DNA from: Ostreococcus lucimarinus
Lineage: Eukaryota
DNA: 64,000 bases
Direction: 5' to 3' (one strand)
NCBI GenBank assembly: GCA_000092065.1
Contig: CP000595.1
The translations under genes and the position numbers were made by a program. Shown piece by piece: positions 48,758-60,335 of this stretch (the stretch's first letter is position 1; each line of letters opens with the position of its first letter). The notes below the pieces were generated by a model. The model did not search any database, was not told the origin of the DNA, and saw only the letters and a program-made list of their open reading frames with translations.

Positions 48758-50530
48758 CTACGCCAAGGCTACGAAATCGCTAGAGCGGCGGGAAAACAAA
48801 CGCATGAAATTTGATTTCGCGCGATTGAGCGCGTTTCGAAGCTCGCAGGCGAGGACTTCGAATAAAAGGACGCGACCTTCGCGCTCGCGGAGGGCGTCGA
48901 GCGCCACGCGGAATCGAGGCGTGGAGGCGAGCAGGGAGACGTCTTGGAGCATGGCGAAGAGCATGTGGATGGAGAGCGAGCGCGTGCGCTCGTCTGTGGC
49001 GAGCTGGCGGATGACTTTACGAATCACGGGCGAACCTTCGGGGTTGGCGAGTAATTTCTTCATCGAGTACGGATAGACCTCGGCCAAGATGTTGAAGTTC
49101 GCGTCGGCGGATTTTGCCATGCCTTCGAGCGTGCCCAACGCGCGTGCGTTGTTCAAAAAGTACGGCGGTAGGACGAACTTGAAGCGCGGAACCAAGGCGA
49201 CGAGAGCGCCGAGGAGTTGGTCGAAACGCACGTTCGGGACGCCGCCGCCCTCGGGAAATTTCAGCGTGGCGTTTGCCGCGTCCTCGAGCGCCGACTCGAG
49301 CGCGCGCATCTCGCTCTCGTCCTCGAGTACTTCGGGCGGAATGAGCATGAGTTCGCCGAATAGTCGACCTACCGCAGCGTAATTGCGGCTGAAGATCAAC
49401 AGCGCCACGGCGGCGACTAAACCATCGCGCACTTGTTGCGGCACCGTGGACACGAGACCGAAATCCAAGTACGCCAAACCGCCGTTGGGCAATTTTAAAA
49501 TGTTCCCGCCGTGCGGATCGGCGTGCATCACCCCAGTCTCTATCAGCTGGCTCAGCGTGCACGAAATACCGAGCTTGACGTAGTGCAAGTCGTCCGCGTT
49601 CACCGCGCCCGTTCGCCCGGCGGTTAACTTTTCGCCTTCAATCCATTCCATGACGATGACGCGCTCGCCCACGCCGTACTTGTCAATCAATCGCGGCACC
49701 ACGATCCCGGGCTTGGGCAACGATTTCGCCGCGCTGCCGTTCTCACCGTAAAGCGCGTTGAACTGCATCAAATTCGCCGCTTCGCGTCTGAAATCCATCT
49801 CTTCGTATAATCGCGAGCAAAATTCATTCACGGCGTCCAGCGCGCGCGCCTTCACCTTCCCCGTGCGCTCCACCGCGCTCGCTCCGAGCCGTAACAACGC
49901 CGCATCCGCGTCCACCATCTCCCTAATTTCAGGTCGCTGCACCTTTATCGCCACCGTTTCCCCGTCTAACGTCGCCTTGTACACCTGCGCCAACGAAGCC
50001 GCCGCGCGCGGCGCGCCCGCCGCGCGCACCGCCTCCGCGACCGCCTCTCCCTCCGCTCCCAGATCCTCCCGCACGATCTCCACCGCTCTTTCATCGCTGA
50101 ACGCCGGCATGTCATCGCACAGTCCGCGCAGCGCTCGCGCCAGGTCTTCGCCCACGATGTCGCCGCGCGACGACAGCGCTTGCCCGAATTTCGCGTACGT
50201 CGGCCCGAGCGCGCCCACGGCCTCGACCAAACCTTCGCTCCTCGACGAATCGCTCGCGACGAACGCGACGCGCGCGCCCGCGCGTAAGATGTCGCCGACG
50301 CGCGCCAGCATCGCCGTCGGCATCGCCGTCGCTTCGCGCGTCCGATGTTTCGACGCTCGCGTGGACGCGTCCCGCCGATTACGTCGACTTCTTCGTCCGT
50401 TTTCGCGCGAGCGCGACCGCGCGCGCGTCGCGACGCGCCGTGACGACGCGACGCGACGCGCGCTGCGTCCCGCGGACGCGCTCGTGGACGCCGCGAGCGC
50501 CGCGCGCGCGCGCGCGGGCGCGAAAGCCAT
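48758..50530 (-). CDS. ABC1/ADCK (UbiB-family) atypical kinase, probably organelle targeted
   Basis: [28 protein letters not shown]; [13 protein letters not shown]...VAIKVQRP; [11 protein letters not shown]; [10 protein letters not shown]; [11 protein letters not shown]; YLDFGLV. Track ORF 48758..51403 has about 290 R-rich leader codons. Start placed at ATG 50530 ([15 protein letters not shown], transit-peptide-like). Confidence 0.75.
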   Translation of the reverse strand: MAFAPARARAALAASTSASAGRSARRVASSRRVATRARSRSRENGRRSRRNRRDASTRASKHRTREATAMPTAMLARVGDILRAGARVAFVASDSSRSEGLVEAVGALGPTYAKFGQALSSRGDIVGEDLARALRGLCDDMPAFSDERAVEIVREDLGAEGEAVAEAVRAAGAPRAAASLAQVYKATLDGETVAIKVQRPEIREMVDADAALLRLGASAVERTGKVKARALDAVNEFCSRLYEEMDFRREAANLMQFNALYGENGSAAKSLPKPGIVVPRLIDKYGVGERVIVMEWIEGEKLTAGRTGAVNADDLHYVKLGISCTLSQLIETGVMHADPHGGNILKLPNGGLAYLDFGLVSTVPQQVRDGLVAAVALLIFSRNYAAVGRLFGELMLIPPEVLEDESEMRALESALEDAANATLKFPEGGGVPNVRFDQLLGALVALVPRFKFVLPPYFLNNARALGTLEGMAKSADANFNILAEVYPYSMKKLLANPEGSPVIRKVIRQLATDERTRSLSIHMLFAMLQDVSLLASTPRFRVALDALREREGRVLLFEVLACELRNALNRAKSNFMRLFSRRSSDFVALA

Positions 50531-50713
50531 GACGACGCGACGCGAAGTGACGCGCCGTTCGGCACTCTCGCGCGCGTTCGCGCGTCGCGCACGGTTCGTC
50601 GCCGCCCTCGCGCGCGCGCTCGAGGTGGACGCGTAACGCGCGCGCGTCGTCGATCGACGCGCGGCGCGGACGGCGCGGCGCGGACGGCGCGGTGCGCGGA
50701 TAAAGCGACGACG

Positions 50714-52183
50714 ATGTTGTCCCGGGGCGTCGGCGGCGGCGCCGTCGCGCGCGCGGCGGCGCGCGGGCGAGCGAACGGCGCGCGAGGACGCGATACGAGA
50801 CCGTGCGCGCGAGGGTTCGCCGCGGACGAGCGCGCGCGCGAACGCGCGGTGGTGGTGGCGGCGAACGCGGACGCGACGCGGCGCGGGACGAAGGTTATCG
50901 CGCGCGCGGCGAACGCGGCGACGAGTGGAAAGATAAAGAAGGCGGAAGAGGCCAAGGTGAAGACGAAGACGAAAAGTTTGATGAAGAAGGCGCTGCGCGT
51001 GGAGGCGGTGAGCGCGGTGGTGGAGGCGGAGGTGGAGCGAGAGACGGCGTCGACTCGAGGGTCGGCGGCGAGCGCGGGGATGGAACCGAAGCCCATGATC
51101 GCGCCTAGGGTGAGTAAACAGGCGAAAGCGAAGGATGGAGTGAATGGGAAGAACGGTGAAGGGGCGACGAGCGGTGAGGGGACGACGCGGCTGACGAGAC
51201 CGAAGTTTGCGGACGAGGCTTCGTTTACGCGCCGGCGTAAATTTCCAGTGTTGTTTTACAGTAAAGAGATGGAGCCTTTGGCGCGAAAGGTGGCGGAGGA
51301 GAGCGATCACATGGTCGAACTCGGACAGATTGATTGGCGCACATTCCCCGATGGGTTTCCAGACTTGTTCATCAACGACGCGTACGATGTGCGGGATCGG
51401 CACGTGGCGTTTTTAGGCTCGTTTCACACGCCCGAGGTCATCTTTGAGCAGTTGAGCATCATATACTCGCTGCCCAAGATGTTTGTCGCATCGTTCACGC
51501 TCGTGCTGCCGTTTTTTCCAACTGGCACCGCCGAGCGAGTGGTACGCGAGGGCGAGGTCGCCACCGCGGTGACGTTGGCGCGGATTTTGAGCAACATTCC
51601 GCCCTCGCGCGGGGGCCCGACGAGCACCATTATTTTCGATATTCACGCTCTTCAGGAGCGATTTTATTTCGGCGACAGCATCTTGCCATGCTTCGAAAGC
51701 GGCATACCGCTCTTGCTCGACCGTCTGAACGAGCTCGAAGACTCGAACAACGTCGTCATCGCGTACCCAGATGAGGGAGCGTACAAGCGATTCAACTCCT
51801 TCTTCGCCGCCGCGGGTTACGAGTGCATCGTCTGCACCAAAGTCCGCGAAGGCACCAAGCGCATCGTCAAGCTCAAGGAAGGCGAACCGATCGGGCGCCA
51901 CGTCGTTATCGTGGACGATCTCGTACAATCCGGTTCCACCCTGATCGAGTGTCAAAAGCTCTTGCACCGACTCGGCGCCGCCAAGGTGTCCGCCTACGCC
52001 ACTCACGGCGTTTTCCCCAATGCCTCCTGGAAACGTTTCACCTCCACCGGCGCCGGCGGCCAGGGTTTCTCAAACTTTTGGATCACCGATTCGTGTCCAC
52101 AAACCGTCGAGGCCGTTCGAGACGCCGAGCCGTTCGAGGTATTATCCCTCGCCCGCGCCATCGCCGACGCCCTCGAGGTGTGA
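50714..52183 (+). CDS. PRS: Ribose-phosphate pyrophosphokinase (PRPP synthetase), plant-type class II, with N-terminal extension
   Basis: [66 protein letters not shown]...[30 protein letters not shown]...[14 protein letters not shown]...[15 protein letters not shown] (PRTase motif). True ATG. Confidence 0.85.
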   Translation: MLSRGVGGGAVARAAARGRANGARGRDTRPCARGFAADERARERAVVVAANADATRRGTKVIARAANAATSGKIKKAEEAKVKTKTKSLMKKALRVEAVSAVVEAEVERETASTRGSAASAGMEPKPMIAPRVSKQAKAKDGVNGKNGEGATSGEGTTRLTRPKFADEASFTRRRKFPVLFYSKEMEPLARKVAEESDHMVELGQIDWRTFPDGFPDLFINDAYDVRDRHVAFLGSFHTPEVIFEQLSIIYSLPKMFVASFTLVLPFFPTGTAERVVREGEVATAVTLARILSNIPPSRGGPTSTIIFDIHALQERFYFGDSILPCFESGIPLLLDRLNELEDSNNVVIAYPDEGAYKRFNSFFAAAGYECIVCTKVREGTKRIVKLKEGEPIGRHVVIVDDLVQSGSTLIECQKLLHRLGAAKVSAYATHGVFPNASWKRFTSTGAGGQGFSNFWITDSCPQTVEAVRDAEPFEVLSLARAIADALEV

Positions 52184-52431
52184 GATCCGACGCCTCGTTT
52201 CCTTAGCAATCACCCCCTCATCGTTCCCGTTCGCGCGTCGCGCGCTCGCGCTCGTTACATATTCTTATTCGTGTCATTCGTGTCAATTTCACGCATTTAT
52301 TAGCATCACGCGTTCGTTTCGCCGCGGCTCGTCCGTCGCGTCGCTTCGTCGGTTGGTTGGTGCTTTTGCTGACGAGGATTCCCGATCGCGCGTCGCGCGC
52401 GTCACACCCGCGCGTCGCGCTCTGACGCATC

Positions 52432-53409
52432 ATGCGCGCGACCGCCGCGCGAATCGAACCGTCGCGCACCTCGTCGCGCGTCGCGAACCGCGCGCGCGCG
52501 CCGCGCAGGCGTCGCGCGCGCGCCGCCGCCGCGTCAACGATCGGGGACGCGAACGAAAGCACCGACGCCGCCACGGCGTACGACGTCCTGGGCGTCCGGG
52601 AAAACGCGACGAAAGATGAGATACGACGAGCGTTCCTGCGAATGAGCAAGACGCATCACCCGGACGTGCGACAGACGAGCGGTGATGACGACGGGATGAT
52701 GGCCAAGGTGAATTCGAGCTACGCGGCGTTGTTCGACGACGACGCGCGAAGGAAATACGATGCGAAACTGCGGGAATCGAGGAAAGGAGATGCGAAAATG
52801 AAACGCGCGAGCGATGGGGTGACGGCGACTTACGAAGGGTTGGTTGGACCGATCGTGAACGATGAGATGGCGTCGCTCGACGTGTGTAAAATTGAAGAGT
52901 GCGCGGTGGACGCGGCGGCGGAGATGATCGATTCTATACGACAGTGGGCGAGGACGTTGGCGTTTACGAGCGAATTACCGTTGCCGTTGCCGGTGAGTGT
53001 GGACGATTTGCCCACGGGCGCGCGGCTGGCGTTCATGCGGTACGATTCGAGCCAAGGATTGCGAGAGGCGGGAGCGTTGAGACTCGAGGTGCTCGAAACG
53101 AGCGAGGGCACCAAGGTTTCGGTGTCTCGATCATTCGCGAAGGCGTCTCGCGCGGCGAAATTCGAAATTCCCGGCGAAGGGCGTGTGATGTCAGCATTTA
53201 TGCAGGAGTTTAAGTTTCTCCTCGGCGAAGACGAGAAGAGAACGAGGAAAGTCGACGAGGCTTCAGACGACGACTTTGTGAGCGCTTTTAAAAGCGCATT
53301 TGCGGCGTTCATCTTACCAGGTTTGCCCATGTTTGGTGCCACTAAGAGCGCGCCGGGTGGCGCGTATAACGCGTACAATTTAAAGCACGACGCCAAGCAC
53401 ATCGATTAA
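52432..53409 (+). CDS. DnaJ (J-domain) protein with presequence-like N-terminus
   Basis: YDVLGVRENATKDEIRRAFLRMSKTHHPDV...YAALFDDDARRKYD (J-domain with HPD). The remainder is unrecognised. Confidence 0.7.
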   Translation: MRATAARIEPSRTSSRVANRARAPRRRRARAAAASTIGDANESTDAATAYDVLGVRENATKDEIRRAFLRMSKTHHPDVRQTSGDDDGMMAKVNSSYAALFDDDARRKYDAKLRESRKGDAKMKRASDGVTATYEGLVGPIVNDEMASLDVCKIEECAVDAAAEMIDSIRQWARTLAFTSELPLPLPVSVDDLPTGARLAFMRYDSSQGLREAGALRLEVLETSEGTKVSVSRSFAKASRAAKFEIPGEGRVMSAFMQEFKFLLGEDEKRTRKVDEASDDDFVSAFKSAFAAFILPGLPMFGATKSAPGGAYNAYNLKHDAKHID

Positions 53410-53485
53410 GCCAGCCAGTACAGTAGTTACAACAGTGTAGAGCGTTTTTTCAATCACAGCGCGCGCAAATCTTTACCTAAAAATG

Positions 53486-54202
53486 TCACCCACGCGTCGT
53501 CATTTGCACCACATCCGCCACGACGTCTTTGTACTCCCCGTATTTATCCAGCGCTGTCGATGCCGCCTCTTTGAGCCTTTTCCTCGTCGGAACTGGCCCC
53601 CAAAAGTAGCCACCAAAGCCAAGGAACGCGCAACGGTCGCCAACGTAGACGACGCGCGCCAGCATCCAATCCTCGCTCGTCACCGCGCTCGTCCCTCCAG
53701 CACCTCCAATCGCCGACGTCAACTTTCCCCACACGCTTTTCGCAGCTTTACTCGTCCCAGCGGCGACGAGGTCCTCGCCGATTGTCGCCCGCGCGAAGGC
53801 GCGATACCACGCGCCGACTCTCCCGACCGTCCCGCGCTCGTCCGTTTCCCGTTTCCGCAGTCTCTCCAAGTGTCGCTCGAAAAATCTCGAGAAATGCTTT
53901 TCGCTCGTGTACGGCTTCGTCGCCGCTGCGAACGCGACAGCGCCCGCGGCGATGGCGAGAAGTCGCGTCTGCGCGCTTCTCCTGATTATTCCGAGTTCGT
54001 TCACAAACTCCCTCGTTATGGCGCGCGAGCGAAGTAACATCGCCGAAGAGACGACGTCGAGCTCGGTTTTCACCTTGGTCGTCGCCAACGCGAGCGCCAA
54101 GGCGAAGGCGATGCGATGGTACGGCGCAAGATCGTCTGGCATTGGGTCGCCTCGGAGTGACGCTACGCGGCGACGCGCAGAGCTAGATGTTGATGAATAC
54201 AT
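53486..54202 (-). CDS. Hypothetical 238-aa protein with one predicted TM helix
   Basis: True ATG at 54202. The only clear TM is IAFALALALATT; IAAGAVAFAAA is weaker. The C-terminal region is non-repetitive (...EDWMLARVVYVGDRCAFLGFGGYFWGPVPTRKRL...). No family. Confidence 0.45.
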   Translation of the reverse strand: MYSSTSSSARRRVASLRGDPMPDDLAPYHRIAFALALALATTKVKTELDVVSSAMLLRSRAITREFVNELGIIRRSAQTRLLAIAAGAVAFAAATKPYTSEKHFSRFFERHLERLRKRETDERGTVGRVGAWYRAFARATIGEDLVAAGTSKAAKSVWGKLTSAIGGAGGTSAVTSEDWMLARVVYVGDRCAFLGFGGYFWGPVPTRKRLKEAASTALDKYGEYKDVVADVVQMTTRG

Positions 54203-54220
54203 AATGCGACCGGCTAAGGA

Positions 54221-55537
54221 TTACAAGCGCTTGACTGAGGAGAATTCGACGCCGCGATCGGTCCACTGACTGCGGAGCGACGCGAGCGTGCGCTCGAGGA
54301 TATCATCGTCTGGCGCCGCCGACGGGCGGAAGACGCGCTCGCCGTGCGCCACGGCGACGGCGGCGCTGAGATCTCGAGTCGCGCTCGCATCGATCGTGCC
54401 CTCTGGACAGATAACTTTTTGCACGAACGTCGCTTCGTCGACGAAGTCAAAGTGGCCGGCGCCGCACGAGATACCCCAGGGTGGGTGGTCGCGCGCGACG
54501 GCGCCGCTCGGCGATGCGGCAAAGAATTCGGCAAAGTTTGACTCCGCGGGCGCGCATTCGCCACCGTTCGCGCCACCCACGATCGCCACGGGCGGTACGG
54601 CGGATGGATTCACTTTCATAGCCGCCAACGCGCTGGGGTAGCCCACGCCGAGCGGCGCGTACACGGTATTATCGACGGGATCGAGCAAGCAAATCGCCTT
54701 AATGCGTTTGTCTCGCGTCGCTTGGAGCATGGAAATCTTCCCTCCTCTGCTGTGCCCGATCAAGTAAACCGCCTCGGCGTCGGCGTAAGGCGATATCAGT
54801 ACGTCTGACCCCACCCAAGATATCAAATCGTCCAAAATCGCCGTGCTCAGTTCGTCGTCCAGCGACCCTCCCGCGACGGATTCCGTCTTCGTGTACGTCA
54901 CCACGACGTAACCCCACGAACACAATCTCCGCGCGATCGACGCGTACGCGTCGCCATCGATCAAGAACCCAGGGGTGATTATCGCCACCGGATACGGCGC
55001 CTCCATCGCGTCGTCCTCAGCCCGCGATCGCGTCGCTCCGCGCTCGACTTCGCCCAGCGGAAACAGCGCGTCCGGCGACACCTCCACCCTCGGCACGTAC
55101 ACCTTGATCCTACTCAGGCAGCTCAGCCCCGTGCACGATGGAAAGCACTTCGCGCACGTGTGTTCGAGCTGCGGCAGCACGCGCACGCGGTACGGTCCAG
55201 GCAGCGCGTAGTCGACCGCCGCGCTCGTCGCGCTCGCGTCCTCGTTCGCGTTCGTTCCCATCGGCACCAGCGCGCTCGCCCCCATCGCGAGCGCCACCGC
55301 GCGTCGTCCCAGACGCGCATCATCCGCGCCCGCGCGCGACGACGTGGACGCGCGCGCGCCGCTCGTCGTTCGACGCGCTCGACCTCGGTCGTCCCGTTCG
55401 CGAGATTCGTCTTCAAACTCCTCGCGCGACGCGCGCGCGCGTCGCGACGCCGACGCGCGACGTCCGCGACGCGGCGAGCATCGCGCGCGAACCGTCGACG
55501 CGGTCGGGCGCGCGCGCGACGCGACGACGCGCGACAT
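54221..55537 (-). CDS. Chlorophyllase-like alpha/beta hydrolase with transit-peptide-like N-terminus
   Basis: ...YPVAIITPGFLIDGDAYASIARRLCSWGYVVV..., a GHSRGG nucleophile elbow and LDPVD, typical of chlorophyllase (CLH). Track start 55690 is TTG. ATG placed at 55537 (MSRVVASRARPTAST...); uncertain. Confidence 0.65.
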   Translation of the reverse strand: MSRVVASRARPTASTVRARCSPRRGRRASASRRARASREEFEDESRERDDRGRARRTTSGARASTSSRAGADDARLGRRAVALAMGASALVPMGTNANEDASATSAAVDYALPGPYRVRVLPQLEHTCAKCFPSCTGLSCLSRIKVYVPRVEVSPDALFPLGEVERGATRSRAEDDAMEAPYPVAIITPGFLIDGDAYASIARRLCSWGYVVVTYTKTESVAGGSLDDELSTAILDDLISWVGSDVLISPYADAEAVYLIGHSRGGKISMLQATRDKRIKAICLLDPVDNTVYAPLGVGYPSALAAMKVNPSAVPPVAIVGGANGGECAPAESNFAEFFAASPSGAVARDHPPWGISCGAGHFDFVDEATFVQKVICPEGTIDASATRDLSAAVAVAHGERVFRPSAAPDDDILERTLASLRSQWTDRGVEFSSVKRL

Positions 55538-55728
55538 CGAGCGCGTTTCGAAGCCGCCGCCGATGAGTGACGACTCGTTCGTCACTCTTCGCCGCGATTG
55601 CGTCGATATCGAGCGAACGCGATCGCGCGCGTCGAAGCGAGGCGATAGGTATCGATCGTCGACGTCGATTGGCGTCAGAGCGAACCGCAAAGGCGCGCGC
55701 GTCGCGAGAGAATCGCGGTTGAAGCGCG

Positions 55729-56583
55729 ATGCTGTACCTCATCGGCCTCGGCTTGGGAAATGAACGCGACGTCACGCTGCGAGGGCTGGACGCGATCAAG
55801 CGCTGCTCGAAGGTGTACTTGGAGGCGTATACATCCGTCTTGGGCGTGGACGTGCGAGCGATGGAGGCGCTGTACGAGAAACCGGTGCGAACGTGCGATA
55901 GGGCGTTCGTCGAGCAGGGCGTCGACGCGGTGCTGGACGAAGCGTTGAGCGAAGACGTCGCGTTCTGCGTCGTCGGTGATGCGTTCGCGGCGACGACGCA
56001 CTCTGATTTAGTGCTGCGAGCGATCGAACGCGGAGTGGCGGTCAGACCGGTGTATAACGCGAGCATCATGAACGCGGTGGCGGGCACCGGGTTGTCGCTG
56101 TATAATTTCGGCAAGGCGGTTTCAATTTGTTTCTTCACGCAGACGTGGAGGCCAGACAGTTTTTACGATTTGATTCGAGACAATCGGAAGAGTGGGGCGC
56201 ATACACTGTGCTTGTTGGACATTCGAGTGAAGGAACCGACGGTGCGAGCGCTGTGTAAGGGGATCGAGGAGTACGAGCCGGCGAGATTCATGACGGCGGC
56301 GACGGCGGCAAAGCAAATGTTAGAGGTGGAGGAAAGTCGGGGAGAGGGCGTGTACGGTGAGGACACCATGTGTGTCGCCGTTGCGCGCATCGGTCAGGAT
56401 GATGAAAAGATTCGTGCGTGCACGCTCGGGGAGATGCGTCGCGTGGACATGGGCGCGCCGTTGCACTCGCTCGTGCTCGTCGGCGACGTCATGGAGATCG
56501 AGTCCGCCATGTTAGCCACGCACGCCGTCAAGCCCGAAGACTTTTACGACGGAGATGCACCGTGTCAAATGCTCGACGGGTAG
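55729..56583 (+). CDS. DPH5: Diphthine synthase (DPH5, diphthamide biosynthesis methyltransferase)
   Basis: MLYLIGLGLGNERDVTLRGLDAIKRCSKVYLEAYTSVLG...GDAFAATTHSDLVLRA...HTLCLLDI... Full-length tetrapyrrole-methylase fold characteristic of DPH5. True ATG. Confidence 0.9.
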   Translation: MLYLIGLGLGNERDVTLRGLDAIKRCSKVYLEAYTSVLGVDVRAMEALYEKPVRTCDRAFVEQGVDAVLDEALSEDVAFCVVGDAFAATTHSDLVLRAIERGVAVRPVYNASIMNAVAGTGLSLYNFGKAVSICFFTQTWRPDSFYDLIRDNRKSGAHTLCLLDIRVKEPTVRALCKGIEEYEPARFMTAATAAKQMLEVEESRGEGVYGEDTMCVAVARIGQDDEKIRACTLGEMRRVDMGAPLHSLVLVGDVMEIESAMLATHAVKPEDFYDGDAPCQMLDG

Positions 56584-56801
56584 CGCACACTGACCGATTG
56601 TAGATTAGCCATTCTTTTGATATTCAACAATTCTCTCAACGACTCGCGACTAATCACATCTTATTCGCTGTCTCGCGTTTAACTAAACTCACGCCCACTG
56701 CTGCCCTCCTCGCGCGCGTCGTACACTCTCTCGCCTCATTACACTATAATTCACATCGTTCGTTCCCTTCCCTTACGTCTCTGCTCGTCCGTTCGACCCA
56801 A

Positions 56802-57176
56802 TCACGGCGTGGACGTCCTTCCCCGCGCGCATTCGCTCGCGCATCGTCTCAAACACTTCTCATTCCATCCTGGCACCCCGTGTCCCGCCGTGCACGCCAC
56901 CCGCGCGCACGCGTCGACGCATGCGTCCGTCGCACTCATCCCGCACGTCGTCACGCACGTGTGCATGAGTTCCGCCTTGCCCAAACCACCGAGCTTGGCC
57001 ATCAAACGATCGGACGCGCAGACGCGCTCGCACGCGAACGACACCTCGTTCTCGTCCACGACGCCTCGGCGAAGCTCTTTTTGCGAGTTTTGACGCGTGT
57101 TCAAGAAGGTTTTAGTCGCCACGGCGACGGCGGTGGCGGCACCGATGGGAGCGGCGATGAGGGCGAGCTGGACCAT
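56802..57176 (-). CDS. Small Cys-rich single-pass membrane protein (hypothetical)
   Basis: ATG at 57176: MVQLALIAAPIGAATAVAVATKTF...CERVCASDRLMAKLGGLGKAELMHTCVTTCGMSATDACVDACARVACTAGHGVPGWNEKCLRRCASECAR (14 Cys in 100 aa). Confidence 0.35.
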   Translation of the reverse strand: MVQLALIAAPIGAATAVAVATKTFLNTRQNSQKELRRGVVDENEVSFACERVCASDRLMAKLGGLGKAELMHTCVTTCGMSATDACVDACARVACTAGHGVPGWNEKCLRRCASECARGRTSTP

Positions 57177-57350
57177 CGCGGCGCGGCGCAGAGTGCGGCG
57201 AAAGTGAAGGAAGAATTGAGGACTCGGGCGCGCTGATTCGGGCGTCTGCAAAGAGGCGAGTTAGATAAAATTACATGTCGACCGCGTGCGCGGTTCAACG
57301 GGATTTTGCGAACGTGGGGGGATGGAATCGTTCGTACGCTGAGCGACGGT

Positions 57351-60081
57351 TTAAAGGATGCCGTTCAGAATGCGTTGGTAAAAGTCGTACTGACGCGTGC
57401 TCCAGGCGTCGATGGAGTCTGAAATCATGCCCAGTACCGTTTCCACACACTGTTCTTCGCTTAAAGCGAGGTTGAAGCGTCTTCGGAGTTGCTTGATGAC
57501 CTTCGGTCCGGCGTTGAAGCACGGACAACCGCTGGCGCCCATCATTTCGACGAGCAATACGATGCGCTCGGCGTGTTCGCGAACGGCGAGGTAGCCCTGG
57601 ATGCACAGAGCCTTGTACGCGTCGAACGCGTCCGAACGGCTGCCTTCAACATCGCTGTCCATGACTTCCAAGTATTCTTTCGTGAGCTTGAACGGGCTCG
57701 ATTCAAAGTTTATGCCGCCGGGAGACGTGGAGAGCATGAAATTGAAGTCGATGTGTATCAAGTGTCCATCGTCGTGCAGCAAAATATTGCCGTTGTGACG
57801 ATCCTTTACTTGCAACAAGTAGGTAAGGATGGAATATCCCGCCAGTGATTCGACGAAGTTATTCTGCGCCTTGCGGAATTCTGGCGTACCAACACCAAAC
57901 TTTCGCTCAAAGTGTTCGCGCAGCGTCGTGCCGCGTTGCGATCGCGACTTCAACGCGTGCACGCTCGGCGCATCCGTCACCGCTTCAATCAACGCACTGT
58001 GCGTGTTCGTGGTCAAGATGTCAAAGTCTCGAATCCAGCATCGAACACCGGCGGTGCGATAGATTTCTGCAAACGTACGAACGAGTTGCAGCGCCAGTAA
58101 TTCTTGCCTGCAATTATCGCCGGCCTTTATGATGATGGGCTTTAGCCCCCATCCAGGCAGATTTCCATACGGTGATGAGTGTCGAATACGCTCGCGCTTG
58201 TCAGCCCACAATTCGCCCAATCCACCCGCGCTGCGCTTGTGCGGGGAAGATGTGAGCGCTGCGCCCACTCCAGTCGCCGTGGGAAGCGAAGTGACGTCAA
58301 AGGCGTCCTTCTCCGGAGCCCACGATGTGCGGTTCACCTGAGCTGCCATCTCAATCAAACCAATTTCTGATGGTTTACGTTGGTGCGGTGATTGCGTAAT
58401 GTCCATGTGACCTTGCGTGGCGACGACGTGCATGACGACGCTTTCGCTGTGCTCATCCGCCGTGAGGACGACATTGACGAGCTCGTCCGCGAGAGAGTCC
58501 TCTGTGCTAAATGAATCAGTCCCCGCACCGTCTATCGTCGGTAAGTCCCCGTAAGCTTTGTCTAGCGATCTACGAATACGTTCGCGCGAGTTGATCGTGA
58601 AATCATCTCCCACAGGATAGAAATCTTCAACGGTTGGAAGGCCCGAAGACTCGGCAGACGATGTAGCGTTGTGCATCTCTTCTTGCGTCGGATTGGAGCT
58701 CACGACTTCTAAACAGACGAGGTACGGCGCCTTCTCGCGACTATTCAACAGCACAGCCTCTTCCCACGGTACGCGAATCACTCGCTCCATCTCGCCGTGG
58801 CCCATCGGAAACAAGATTCCGGTACCCTTGTCGGTGTGGCGAAAGCGCTTGTTCATCTGCGCCAACTCTCGACGCAAGATACTTTGACGATTTTCGAGCG
58901 GAAACACCTTCGACAGCTTCAACGAAAGCTCGCACAAGTCATCCGTGAGCTTCATCGTCGCGTCGAACGTTTTCCTTCGAAGATTCAACGCCTTGGCTCC
59001 ATCCTCAGCCGGTAACCCCTTCGTTCCGCACACGCCAAAGAGCGACGACAATCCACCCGAGGGTGATCGTAATCCCGCATCTTTCGTCTTGCCCGGTGAC
59101 TTCTCTTTGTCTTTGTGATGATCTCTATTCTTCTTGCCCGAGTCTTTTCGCGAACCGGAGGGAGAAGACCGAAAGGAGAGCGCTCGCGAGACGCCGGCGA
59201 GGAAACCTCCCGCGGCGGGCGGCGACTCCACCCTCTTCCCATCGAAGCCATCGCTCGATCTTCGCCCCGGCGACTTCGCCATGCCGAATATTCGTCTCGG
59301 TGGCGTCACGGGTTCCGGAGTTGACTCCGCGGGCGCTCCCGTCCGCCCGTTCCTCGGCGGACTTCCTCCTCGCTCCGTCGTCGCCGTCGCCGCCTCCGTC
59401 CCCGCGCTCTCCCCTCCCATCGGCACCCGCTCCTCAAACGGCGCCGGCCACGTCCCATTCTTCACCGCTTCCCTCGCGCACTCGTCCCTAAAATCCAACA
59501 CCGCCTTGGACTCCGCGCTGTCCCCCGCCGCCGCCGCCAGCAACCAGCATATCTTTGTCGCCAGCCGCAGCGATCGTCGACTCGTCATCACCATCATCCT
59601 CTCAAAGCTCGCCAGGTGTCCCGCGTCGCTCCCGCGCTCGTTCGTCTTATTTTCCACCGCGTGCACCCACATCGTGACCATCTGGCTCAGGTACCGCTCC
59701 AGCGCCTCGTCCGACGTCTCTCGATACAGTCTCGCGCACAGGTAGTCGCTCACCCCCGCGTGTTCGCGTCGCTCCCACAGGTTCGACACCGCGATCCACG
59801 CGTCGAATCGCTCGAGGTGTTGAAAGTAATCCAGCAGCACGCGCGCCCGCTCGCGCTCGCGCGCGATCGCGCTCGCGTCGTCGCGCGAGGTCGTCGAGAC
59901 GCGCGCGCCCGAGTCCCCATCGCGCGCGACGCCGACGCGCGCGTCGTCGTCGTCGCGCGCGCGCGCGAGGGCGTCCGCGCGCGCCGCGCCGCGCGTCTCG
60001 CTGTCGACGAAGCGTTCGAGGGAGTCGGCGAGCCAGGCACCGCCGCTCTCGTGCCGGGCGTGCCGCGACGCGCGATCCATG
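57351..60081 (-). CDS. Phosphatidylinositol 4-kinase beta (PI4KIII-beta / Pik1-like)
   Basis: C-terminal PI3/4-kinase catalytic domain (GDNCRQELLALQLVRTFAEIYRTAGVRCWIRDFDIL...VKDRHNGNILLHDDGHLIHIDFNFMLSTSPGG...FKLTKEYLEVM...QRILNGIL*). N-terminal Pik1-like helical region (LLDYFQHLERFDAWIAVS). Track start is GTG at 60164. ATG placed at ~60081 (MDRASRHA); uncertain by a few codons. Confidence 0.8.
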
Positions 60082-60335
60082 GCGACGCCGGCGAGTGCGG
60101 AGACGCGAACGCGATCGAACCTCGATCGCGCGCGCGTCGATCGCGTTTGAAATTCAATCGTCACGACGTCGATCGACGATGGACGCGATCGAGGTTCGAT
60201 CGAGATCGAGAGGTCGAGACGCGAGAGCGACGCGACGGAGACGCGAGAGGCGCGCGAGGCGCGCGCGGGAAGGGCGGGATTTCACTGGTGTTACAGGGAT
60301 GATGGGTTCGGTGATGATCGTCGCCGGCGAATCGA